The position numbers and the translations under genes are program-made. Below the pieces are notes generated by a model. That model was not told where the DNA came from. It was given only the letters and a program-made list of their open reading frames with translations, and did no database searches. A stretch of DNA of 62,940 nucleotides, counting the filler, from Reclinomonas americana ATCC 50394 (taxonomy: Eukaryota), in NCBI GenBank assembly GCA_048213135.1. It is 8 parts of 4 records of this genome, joined end to end, with 100 filler letters (N's around TTAATTAATTAA, not from the genome) between each part and the next. Parts side by side here need not be neighbours in the genome. Positions count along the whole stretch, not along the records: positions 49,095 to 57,367 come from PS015151.1; positions 57,468 to 60,073 come from PS015152.1; positions 60,174 to 62,940 come from PS015152.1; 5 more parts are not named here. One strand, 5' to 3'. Shown here in pieces: positions 52,446-62,940 of the stretch. Positions within the stretch are counted from its first letter, which is position 1; each line of letters begins with the position of its first letter.

Positions 52446-53561
52446 TCACAAGTGCGACTTCGGCTCAACGCTGCGCCGATACAGCACCACCGCCGCCTCC
52501 TCCACAATGAAGCACCGCAGCACCATCTCTGGCAGGCACCGCGAATCCGGCTCTTCATCCGGATCCACGACAGCTCCTCGCAGCATCTCCTGCACGGCCC
52601 GCATCGCCGTTTGTGCTGTGTAGAGCTCAAACACAGCGAGGCCACTAATGGTGGACCACAATCGCACAGACCTGTCATACATGCCACTCCCGATCACAAT
52701 GTGGTGACCATCGGGAGTGACGGCAACTGACAGCACAGAGTCAGTGAGTTCCAGTCGCCGCGACTCCTCTCCACTCGCCAGTGACCACACTCGCACAGTG
52801 GCATCAATGCCGCCGCTTACGATGTGCTGGCCGTCGGGAGCAACGGCGACACATCGCACACAGCCGACGTGGCCCACCAAGCGTAGAATTTCTTCGCCGC
52901 TCTCCAGCGACCACACCCGCACTGTCCGATCGTCACCCCCGCTCACAGCGTGTTGACTGTCGACAGTGACGGCAACCGATCGCACCCGACCTTCATGTCC
53001 CTCCAACTGCCGCACTTGCTTTCCTGTGGCCAGGGACCACACCCGCACGGTGTTGTCCAGACTCCCACTCACGACGCGACGACCATCGGGAGTGATGGCG
53101 ACAGAACTTACTCCGTCCGTGTGTTGTTTGAGCTGTTGAACCTCCTGTCCATTCCCCAAAGACCACACTCGCACTGTCTTGTCTTGACTCCCACTGACAA
53201 CATGCAGACTGTCAGGTGTGACAGCCACAGTCAAAACCATCGCAGTGTGGCCCCGAAAGTGCCGCACTTCACCACTCGCCAGTGACCGCACGCACACCTT
53301 GGTGTCGACGCTGCCGCACACGATGTACTGACCGTCGGGAGTGACGACCACAGAATTCACGTGACCCATGAGACACTCCAAGTGCTGCACCTCTCCTCCT
53401 CCTCCTCCACTTGTCACGGGCCACACACCAACGAAATTGTCAGCACTCCCACTCACAACGCGCTGACCGTCAGGAGTTACCGTGACACATCGCACAGACC
53501 TATCGTGCTGAGCAAGTTGCTTGGAGGGGAGGAGGAAGAGGGGAGAGGGAGCGAGGGACAT
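52446..53561 (-). CDS. WD40 tandem family, copy W5 (complete, 371 aa, 7 blades, most divergent)
   Basis: Uninterrupted ORF MSLAPSPLFLLPSK... with 7 WD40 repeats, ending CLPEMVLRCFIVEEAAVVLYRRSVEPKSHL*. Confidence 0.93.
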   Translation of the reverse strand: MSLAPSPLFLLPSKQLAQHDRSVRCVTVTPDGQRVVSGSADNFVGVWPVTSGGGGGEVQHLECLMGHVNSVVVTPDGQYIVCGSVDTKVCVRSLASGEVRHFRGHTAMVLTVAVTPDSLHVVSGSQDKTVRVWSLGNGQEVQQLKQHTDGVSSVAITPDGRRVVSGSLDNTVRVWSLATGKQVRQLEGHEGRVRSVAVTVDSQHAVSGGDDRTVRVWSLESGEEILRLVGHVGCVRCVAVAPDGQHIVSGGIDATVRVWSLASGEESRRLELTDSVLSVAVTPDGHHIVIGSGMYDRSVRLWSTISGLAVFELYTAQTAMRAVQEMLRGAVVDPDEEPDSRCLPEMVLRCFIVEEAAVVLYRRSVEPKSHL

Positions 53562-53915
53562 GAGGAAGGGAGAGCAGGGAGAGGGGGAGGAAGGTAACAC
53601 TCAGCGCGCCAGTTGTCGGGTGGGGAAAAGGTTGACGACGCGGGACAACGACGATTAGCGGATTTTGGCAATTCCTTGCGCTTTTCACGTGCGTCACCAC
53701 AACGAACAAAACAGCCTTGGCCGTGCTCACATCGAATACAGCTTCACTCAGGGTCGACAACCACCAGGCCTAGGCACAACACGTTCAAATTTGTCGAAGT
53801 CTGCGAAACCCAATCAACAAAACACAGCAAATCTTTCTCTTATCTCTTTCTCTCTGTCCCTCGCACCAAGCTGAAAAGTACAATTCTTTCTTCCTTCTCT
53901 CATTCCTCTCTCTCC

Positions 53916-55863
53916 TCACAAGTGCGACTCCGGATCCATGCTGCGCCGGTGCAGCACAAGCGCCGCTTCCTCCACAATGAAGCACCGCAGCACAATCTCC
54001 GACAGGCACCAACAATCTGACTCGTCGTCATCGTCTTCGTCGTCAGTACTCTCTTCTAGCTGCATCTCCTGCACGGCTCGCATTGCCTCACGTGCTGCGC
54101 CCAACTCACACGCAGCGAGGCCACAAGGAGTGGACCACACTCGTACAGTTCTGTCATAACCACCACTCACAACATGCCGACCATCGGGAGTGACGGCAAC
54201 AGAGCCCACGTATCCATCGTGTCCCTTCAACTGTCGGACCTCTCTTCCACTGGCCAGTGACCATACTCGCACAATCGGGTCAGAAATGTTGCCCCCACTC
54301 ACAACGTGCTTACCGTCGGGGGTGACGCAGACGTGCATCGTGTCACAAGTATGTCCTTTAAACCGTCGCACTTCCTTGCCAGTCGTCATTGACCACACTC
54401 TCATAGTCTTGTCGTGACTGCAACTCACAACGTGCTGACCATCGGGTGTAATGGCAACCGACCACACAAAACCTTCGTGTCCTTCGAACCTTCGCACTTC
54501 AGCGCCATTCTCCAGTGACCACACCCGCACAGTATTATCATTGCTTCCGCTGACAACGTAGAGACCATCCGACGTGATGGCGACAGAGTTCACCCACCAA
54601 GTGTGTCCCACCAGTCGTCTCACCTCCTTCCCCCTCGCCTGTGACCACACAATCATTATCTTGTCTCTGCCCCCGCTGACAAGGTGAACCCCGTCGGGAG
54701 TGATGGCCACAGATTTCACTCCCGCAGTGTGTCCCTCCAGCCGTCGCACTTCTTCTCCACTCTCCAGTGACCACACTCGCACAGTGTGATCAGCACTGCC
54801 ACTCACGATGTGTCGTCCATCGGGAGTGACGGCAACAGCGGNNNNNNNNNNNNNNNNNNNNNNNNNNNNNNNNNNNNNNNNNNNNNNNNNNNNNNNNNNN
54901 NNNNNNNNNNNNNNNNNNNNNNNNNNNNNNNNNNNNNNNNNNNNNNNNNNNNNNNNNNNNNNNNNNNNNNNNNNNNNNNNNNNNNNNNNNNNNNNNNNNN
55001 NNNNNNNNNNNNNNNNNNNNNNNNNNNNNNNNNNNNNNNNNNNNNNNNNNNNNNNNNNNNNNNNNNNNNNNNNNNNNNNNNNNNNNNNNNNNNNNNNNNN
55101 NNNNNNNNNNNNNNNNNNNNNNNNNNNNNNNNNNNNNNNNNNNNNNNNNNNNNNNNNNNNNNNNNNNNNNNNNNNNNNNNNNNNNNNNNNNNNNNNNNNN
55201 NNNNNNNNNNNNNNNNNNNNNNNNNNNNNNNNNNNNNNNNNNNNNNNNNNNNNNNNNNNNNNNNNNNNNNNNNNNNNNNNNNNNNNNNNNNNNNNNNNNN
55301 NNNNNNNNNNNNNNNNNNNNNNNNNNNNNNNNNNNNNNNNNNNNNNNNNNNNNNNNNNNNNNNNNNNNNNNNNNNNNNNNNNNNNNNNNNNNNNNNNNNN
55401 NNNNNNNNNNNNNNNNNNNNNNNNNNNNNNNNNNNNNNNNNNNNNNNNNNNNNNNNNNNNNNNNNNNNNNNNNNNNNNNNNNNNNNNNNNNNNNNNNNNN
55501 NNNNNNNNNNNNNNNNNNNNNNNNNNNNNNNNNNNNNNNNNNNNNNNNNNNNNNNNNNNNNNNNNNNNNNNNNNNNNNNNNNNNNNNNNNNNNNNNNNNN
55601 NNNNNNNNNNNNNNNNNNNNNNNNNNNNNNNNNNNNNNNNNNNNNNNNNNNNNNNNNNNNNNNNNNTTCACATAATGCGCGCGGCCTTCCAGTCGTCGCA
55701 CCTCAGCTCCGGTCGCCAGTGACCACACGCGCACTGTCCTGTCTTCACTCCCAGAGATTATGTGCTCACCATTGGGAGTGATGGCGACACAAGTCACTGA
55801 GCCAGTGTGACCAGTGATGCGCTTGGAGAGCAGGAGGAAGAGTGGAGAGGGAGCCAGGGACAT
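53916..55863 (-). CDS. WD40 tandem family, copy W6 (internal gap)
   Basis: Same architecture; C-terminus CWCLSEIVLRCFIVEEAALVLHRRSMDPESHL*. Confidence 0.9.
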
Positions 55864-56448
55864 GAGAAAGGGAGAGAGCAGGGAGAGAGAGAAGAGCAGG
55901 GAGGGACAGAAGAGAGGGGGAACAATCAACTCGCAAGTCGTCGGGGTGCGTGAGCGTGTGTTGACGCCGGACCAGGACGCCGCAATGGTCGACTTCGTCA
56001 TCCAAGCATACCACGCCCTGTCTTACCACGACGAACAGCAGCCTTGCCTTCGCTCACGTAGAATGCAGGTGCGCCAACCAGGTGNNNNNNNNNNNNNNNN
56101 NNNNNNNNNNNNNNNNNNNNNNNNNNNNNNNNNNNNNNNNNNNNNNNNNNNNNNNNNNNNNNNNNNNNNNNNNNNNNNNNNNNNNNNNNNNNNNNNNNNN
56201 NNNNNNNNNNNNNNNNNNNNNNNNNNNNNNNNNNNNNNNNNNNNNNNNNNNNNNNNNNNNNNNNNNNNNNNNNNNNNNNNNNNNNNNNNNNNNNNNNNNN
56301 NNNNNNNNNNNNNNNNNNNNNNNNNNNNNNNNNNNNNNNNNNNNNNNNNNNNNCACAATATTCACTTGATGGCTCATCACAAAAACATGAAACAACAACA
56401 TGCAATCAAACAATTCGAATTCGTTCACTCTCTCATCCCTTCCATTAT

Positions 56449-57367
56449 TCACAAGTGCGACTCGGGTTCCATGCTGCGCCGGTACAGCACCACCACCGCC
56501 TCCTCCACAATGAAGCAGCGCAACACAATCTCCGCCAGACACCAACAATCTGGCTCATCGTCGTCTTCGTCAACCACAGCTTCTCGCTGCATATCCTGCA
56601 CAGCCAACATTGTCTTGCGTGCGGCGCCCAACTCAAACACAGCGAGGCCGCAGGGAGTGGACCACACTCGCAAAGTATTGTCATTGCTACCACTCACAAC
56701 ATGCCGACCATCGGGAGTCACGACAACAGACCGCACTCCCCCAGTGTGCCCCTCCAGCTGCTGCACCTCTCTTCCACTGACCAGTGACCACACTCGCACA
56801 ATCGGGTCCGCAGCATTGCCTCCACTCACAACGTGCTCACCATCGGGGGTGACGGAGACGAATAACAGGCTCTGAGTGTTTCCGTCAAACCGTCGCACTT
56901 CTTCTCGTGTAGCCATTGACCACACTCTCATTGTCTCGGCGGAACTGCAACTCACAATGTGCTGACCATCGGGCGTAATGGCAACCGACAGCACCCAACC
57001 TCTATGCCCGTCGAACCGGTGCACTTGTGCTCCACTCTCCAGCGACCACACTCGCACTGTATTGTCGCCACTACCGCTGACAACGAAGAGACCACCCGGC
57101 GTGACGGCGACAGACGTCACTCCCCCAGTGTGCCTCTCCATTCGTCGTACCTCCTCTCCACTCGCCAGTGACCACACACGCACTGTCGCATCCCAACTCC
57201 CGCTGACAACGTGCTCCCCATCGGGAGTGATGGCAACAGACCCCACTTCATCAGTGTGGCCCTTCAACTGCCGCACTTCTTGTCCACTCTCCAGTGACCA
57301 CACGCGCACTGCGCAGTCAGAACTCCCACTCACGATGTGCTGCCCATCAGGAGTGACGGCGACTGAG
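56449..57367 (-). CDS. WD40 tandem family, copy W7 (5'-partial)
   Basis: Six visible blades plus CWCLAEIVLRCFIVEEAVVVLYRRSMEPESHL*. Confidence 0.9.
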
Positions 57368-57929
57368 NNNNNNNNNNNNNNNNNNNNNNNNNNNNNNNNN
57401 NNNNNNNNNNNTTAATTAATTAANNNNNNNNNNNNNNNNNNNNNNNNNNNNNNNNNNNNNNNNNNNNGAGGTGGGGAAGGGGAGGGGAAGGGGATTAGAA
57501 GGGGAGGGAGAGAAGGGTGAAGGGAGAAGAGAGGAGAGGAGAGAGGAGAGAGGAGAGAGGAAGAGGGAGAGGGAGAGCGAGAGGGAGAGGATGAGGATGA
57601 GGGAGAGGAAGAGGGAGAGGGAGAGCGAGAGGGAGAGGAGAGGAGAGGAGAGGAGAGGAAAGGAGAGGAGAGGAGAGGAGAGGAGAGGAGAGGAGAGGAA
57701 GCGAAGGAGGGGAAGGAGAGGAGAGAGAAGGAGAGGAGAGGAGAGGAGAAGAGGAGATGAAAAGACAACAGAAGAGACGAGAAATAAGAGAAAAAGGGAG
57801 GAGAGTAGATGACAATGTCGATACAGGGTTTAAGAACGAGCACGCAGAAGTCGAGAGGGAGCAGAGACACACAAAGGGAACTCGCTAACGAGGTCAACGT
57901 CAACAACAATCAATGGTGCCATTACAAAC

Positions 57930-60900
57930 CTGGACTTCACACCAGTCACCACAATGTCGTGTTCCACAATCCTCGGCACGTGCGACTCCTTAGTGTCTGC
58001 ACCACGAGTGGAGGTGAGAACACCCAACTGCGTCGCAGCTCCGACAGCCGTTCACACGACTCACCAATCAATTTGACATCGTCGAATCCCTTGCTGCGAA
58101 TGGCGGCCATCACTTGCTCCGGGTCCCAAGTGAACTTGTGTGCACAAAGCGAAACCGTGTGCAAATCCTCCGACGCGCTGACCTTGCGCACGCCCGGCAG
58201 CACGCGCACGGCATCGACGACGTTCTTGGCGGCGCGCCTGGGGGGAAGGAAGATGAGAAGGAGGAATGAAAAGGGGGACAACGGACTGCAAAGACGGTCT
58301 GGAGGTGCGAAGGATACAAAGAGAGATAAAGAGGGAGGGAAAGAGGGATTGAGAAAAGAGCCACGCGCGACGATTCAACAAAGAGAGAGAGAGAGAAAGT
58401 GAAAGAGAAATGTTGCGCAGAGGCAGGAGGAGGCAAAGGACTATCGCGTGACGAAGCGATACGTATGACAAACAAAATGATCCGTCGCGACCACATGCAT
58501 CAAAAAAGAAAGTACAGAACAAGCTGAAAATGCTTGGAGGACTGAGAAGAAAAGTGAGGACGTGGAGAAAAAACAAGGAAGACCTCAGCAGTTACTTCGC
58601 GTTACTCGGATGACAGATACCCACATACATCAAGAGGTGAGAAAAGAAGAAGATGATGTGATGATGAGGAAGAGAGGGGAAGAAGAGCAACTCTCTCTTC
58701 AAGAAAAGAGAGACTCTCTTCTCCTCAACAAAAGAGAAGCACTCTCTTAAAGTGAGAAAGAGCAAGTTGAAAATGATTAGAGGACGGATAAGCAACGAAA
58801 GGACGCGGAGAACAACAAGGACCAACGCATGACGAACAGTAAACTACTTGTCTCGGTTCTCGGATGACATCGACAGATACCCTTGTCTCTCCACCACACC
58901 CTTCCCCAAACCCTTCCCCACTTTCACCCGCCACGCAACTTTGTCTTCAACCCAGCCACCAAGAACACATGATGCACTTCGTCCTCGCCCGGCGTAAACT
59001 CCGCCTGCTGCTGCAGCTGTGCAACAGTGGCCGCCGACAATGTCGACGACGATGAAGAGGAGGAAGGAGGTGCGCCACCACCACTCGTCCCCTGCGCATG
59101 TGGCTTCTCAGAGGGCGCATCGTCGTGCTTGTCTTTCTTGAACGTGTCGTTGAACTTGTTCTTCAGCTTGGAGAACAGCGACTTGGTGCCCTGCATTGGC
59201 GGGTGAGTGAGCGATGAGCTCCATCTCAACCGCCGCCGCCTCCAACCACGACAAACCTTGCCAAACGCCTTCATCTTGTCCTTCATCTTCTCACCGAATC
59301 CCTTCCTGTCGCCCTCGTTAATGTCCTCCGCATACTCCTCCTCGTGCACGACTGGCGCAGACGGACCACCCCTGGTGGCCGGCTGCTGCTGCTGCTCGAG
59401 GGTGGAGAAGAGGCGGGAGTTGCCTGTGCCAGGTCGAGTGAGTGAGAGGGAAGAGCAGCGAATGAAGATGCGAGATCTCACCAGCAGGCTTGCCGCCACT
59501 CGGCGGAGCGGGTGCTTGCGGTGGTCGCGATCCAGCTTGCGATGGCGACGTTCCGAGCGCTGAAAACAGCTTGCTGTTCCCTGCATTTGCTTTGCGAGTG
59601 AGCACGCAACACACACGTCGCTGGCCAACAACAACACGCAACTGCTGCCGGAAGCAGCCGACGATGAACCCTGTCAAATATGCACGAAGGTGAGCCACAC
59701 AGCAATGGCGAGATAACCTTGCTTCCCCACATCCCCCCTCACCTGCGGCTGACCACTACCACCCGCCGCCGCGCGCAGCTCCGACGCCTTCTCCGACAAC
59801 TGACGCGCAATGCGCTCAAACAGACCCTCCGGTGCTCCACTCGAGTGCCGATCCACACGCTCACGAATCCACACCTCAAACATTTGCATGTCGCTAAAGT
59901 GCGACAGGAACTGCGCATAAGTGCCGCCGAGTCAAAATCACTCAGGGCGTCATTATGAGCACCCTTCACGACAAGCAGCGCACCTGCCGTCCAGGCTCCA
60001 ACTGCGAGCTAATGAGCTGGTCCACATCCAAGCGAAGAGCGCCCGACTGCGCTTTGCTAAAATACAATTGGAANNNNNNNNNNNNNNNNNNNNNNNNNNN
60101 NNNNNNNNNNNNNNNNNTTAATTAATTAANNNNNNNNNNNNNNNNNNNNNNNNNNNNNNNNNNNNNNNNNNNNAGGGCAAATACACATTTCTCATTCCTC
60201 AGTTGCTTGTGCTCGTTCTTAAAACCTGTATCGAAATTGTCATCTACTCTCCTCTCCATTTCTCGCATCTTCTCCTCTCCTCTCCTCTCTCTCTCCCTCC
60301 TCCTGCCTCTCCTCTCTTCTCTTCTCCTTCTCTCTCTCTCTCCCTCTCCCTCCCCCTCTTCCCTCCTCGAACAACACAACGGAAGAGTACAATAACGCAC
60401 AACAGTGCACAGACACGGGTACAGCACGACACAACACGGAGCGATGCAGTACAAACCAAGACGAGTTCTCGCTCCTCATGCAGTAATTCCCACAGAAATA
60501 GCAAGCGCTCTATCGACGGCTCAACGGTAGTGCACAACAAGTGTAGCGAAGAAAACGTGAGACCGCACAAAAACAGATGTCACTCTCTCACATACAACCA
60601 ATGATTCCACAGAAACAAATACAGTCACAAAAGGCACAAAACGAAACAAAGCCATCGTCCCTCATAATGCGCGCTCTCAATTCCACTCGATCACTACCCT
60701 GCACATCAGCAAGGCACAGCACGCGAAGACGCGGCACGAAAATCTCCCAATCGTTTGCTCCACTACACTCTACCGCAGACACAAACATTAACGCTCTCAC
60801 AAAGTCAAACATGCCACGCCACACCACTGAATCTCTTTCCTTGTGCACACTCTCGATCACTGCGCAGCACATTTGCAAGACGCAGACCCTCATACTCTTT

Positions 60901-61920
60901 TCTCGCTTCCCGCCCTTCCCTCATTCCCTTCCCTGTTATCCCTCACCCACCTCCTCAATTGGCATCTTCTTCAGCATGGGGATCATGGACGTGTGCATGC
61001 CAATCAACCACGGCATCGGCGCCGTGAGGTAATCCAGCAGTTTCTTGGGCAAAATCGGGATGAAAATGTGCTGCGCCGAAGAGTGAGGCGACACGCAAGA
61101 GAGGACGAGGTGACGCGAGAGGAAAATGTATACCTGCCACCGGAATGGGTAGAGCATGGAGGTGCACGCTTGCATGCATGTAGATACGGTGGCGAGGTTG
61201 CGAGACGTGAGCAAAATGCGACGTTCCTCGAGCAAGGCGGCAAAAATCTGTGTAACGGGGGGCGTGAGTGCGATGGGGTGCGAAGGAGAAGGTGGGTGGT
61301 GCAGTGTGTCACCTTGACGACGCCATCTGCGCCACAGGAGGCGAATAACCGCTCGACGCGAACCTGCGGGATGAGAGAGATTGAGCACCGCGGTCACCCA
61401 TTCCCATCTTCTTATCCCTCCCAACTGACCTGCGTGATCGGTGGATTCTCCTGGTTGTCCTCAAACGTGAACTCGCGTGTAATGGTCTGTCCACCAAAGC
61501 CGAACTCATCCTCGGCCTCAATGGAGAACGTCACGGGTGGTGGTCCCTGTGGCGACAGGCGTGAGACCCTCTGTGTTGGGAAGAGAGAAATATATAATGG
61601 ACGCACCGGAATTTTGCACAGCTGCGTCATGAACGGGATGAGGAAGCTGTTCAGGCTCACTCGGAGCTCCTCCAGTGTCTTCAAAATGTGCATGAACAGG
61701 CCGTAGTATTCGCTGTGGATGGGGAAGAAAGAGTGAGCCGAAGGGGGAGAAAAACATGCAATTGAGCGATTCTTTACGCAACAATGACGAAATGATGCAG
61801 AGACACTCGACCGAGTAAACCTCTCGGCCATCATCCAACAGTGTCGGCGCCACCAATCGCTTGCAGTACCCAAAATGACGACCTCCAGACGAGTCCGTCA
61901 GTGCAAACGTGAACATTTCG
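57930..61920 (-). CDS. DENN-domain Rab GEF (DENND1-like) with C-terminal HMA-like repeats; both ends partial, spans spacer 60118
   Basis: MFTFALTDSSGGRHFGYCKRL (uDENN), IFAALLEERRILLTSRNLATVSTC...LYPFRWQ|HIFIPILPKKLLDYLTAPMPWLIG (cDENN), FLSHFSDMQMFEVWIRER (dDENN). Confidence 0.88.
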
Positions 61921-62204
61921 CTGTGGGTGGGGAGAAAAGTGAGAAGAAGGAGCGGGGAGGAGAGGGGAGCAAGGGGAGAAGAAGGAGAAGCAGAAGATGT
62001 GCAAGAAGAGGAAGAACATGGTAAAGAAGAAGAGGAGGAGAGGAGGAGCACCAAAGGTGCGTGCAAGGACGAGTCGGATGTGAATTCTCTCACAAACACA
62101 ATCGCTGCCTTCGGCATTCGACGTGTGAGTTTGGATGGGTGTGCGTGATCAGAATGGCACACACGGAGAGACGCTGGAGAGTGTGCTGCCCGTCCAATCA
62201 GGCA

Positions 62205-62264
<60 letters not shown>

Positions 62265-62751
62265 CCAGCGCATTTCGATGCGTGAGTTTGGAAGGGTATG
62301 CGTGATAACAAAGGCGCACACGGAGAGACGCTGGAGAGTGTGCAATGGAGCGAGAGAGAACAGGCCTTCTCTCTGTGTGTGTGTGCCTCTTCCTCCTCGC
62401 CCGTTCTCCTCCATCCATCGCTCTCACTCTCTCTCCTAGCTCACGCGCGTGGGTGCAATCCTCCAAGGCGTACTAATAGTGACACGATACTCTTGTTCGC
62501 GTGCGACACCAAGCTCACAGCACCCCACACATCTCCTGATCTCACAACAGAGCTACGAGCCGCCTTTCTCCTCTTCTCCGCGCCAATGTATTTCAAGTCT
62601 CCCGCCCTCACATCCTCACACGAATCACTCTGCTTCGGTCACAAGAGCTCTCTCTCTCTCTTTCTGTGTGTGTGTGTGTGTGCGTGTGTGTGAGAGAAAG
62701 AGAGTGTGCGTGAGTGTGTGTGTGCGAAAGAGAGTGCGTGTGCCTGTGTGA

Positions 62752-62857
<106 letters not shown>

Positions 62858-62940
62858 GTACGAGTAGTAGTAGTACGTAGTACGTAACGTACGTAACGGT
62901 ACGTACGTAACGTAACTACGTAACGTACGGTACGTACGTA

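Noticed and set aside
47864-57367. Regular ~126-bp repeats (ccagtgaccacactcgcac...catcgggagtga) resembling a CRISPR or satellite array
   Set aside because: They are the coding WD40 blades on the minus strand, in frame, with no unique spacers or cas genes.

Overview
Eukaryotic (protist-like) draft assembly. It has GT-AG spliceosomal introns, many (CA)n/(GA)n microsatellites, N gaps and seven artificial N44-TTAATTAATTAA-N44 contig spacers (12364, 25542, 36428, 47808, 49039, 57412, 60118), so adjacency across those points is not proven. Recognisable spliced genes: a cyclic-nucleotide-gated channel, an MFSD6-like transporter, proteasome alpha-3 (PSMA4), DPH7/WDR85, a PLAC8-family protein, a RING/Sina-type zinc finger, glutamate dehydrogenase, SEC11, an ankyrin/F-box protein, phospholipase D and a DENN-domain protein that ends in cysteine-less HMA-like repeats. 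The most interesting part is 39.8-57.4 kb, which holds two tandem gene arrays: three copies of an uncharacterised spliced gene and 6-7 intronless 7-bladed WD40 genes whose blades vary at a few surface positions. The two families are otherwise unrelated but share a ~60-aa bipartite module (E-x4-R-x-A-x4-Q-x-M ... LPxMVLRCFxxEEAxVV), visible even at DNA level. It resembles a divergent SOCS-box or F-box adaptor and suggests a lineage-specific, expanding receptor/E3-adaptor system. All gene models were spliced by eye; no database searches were run.
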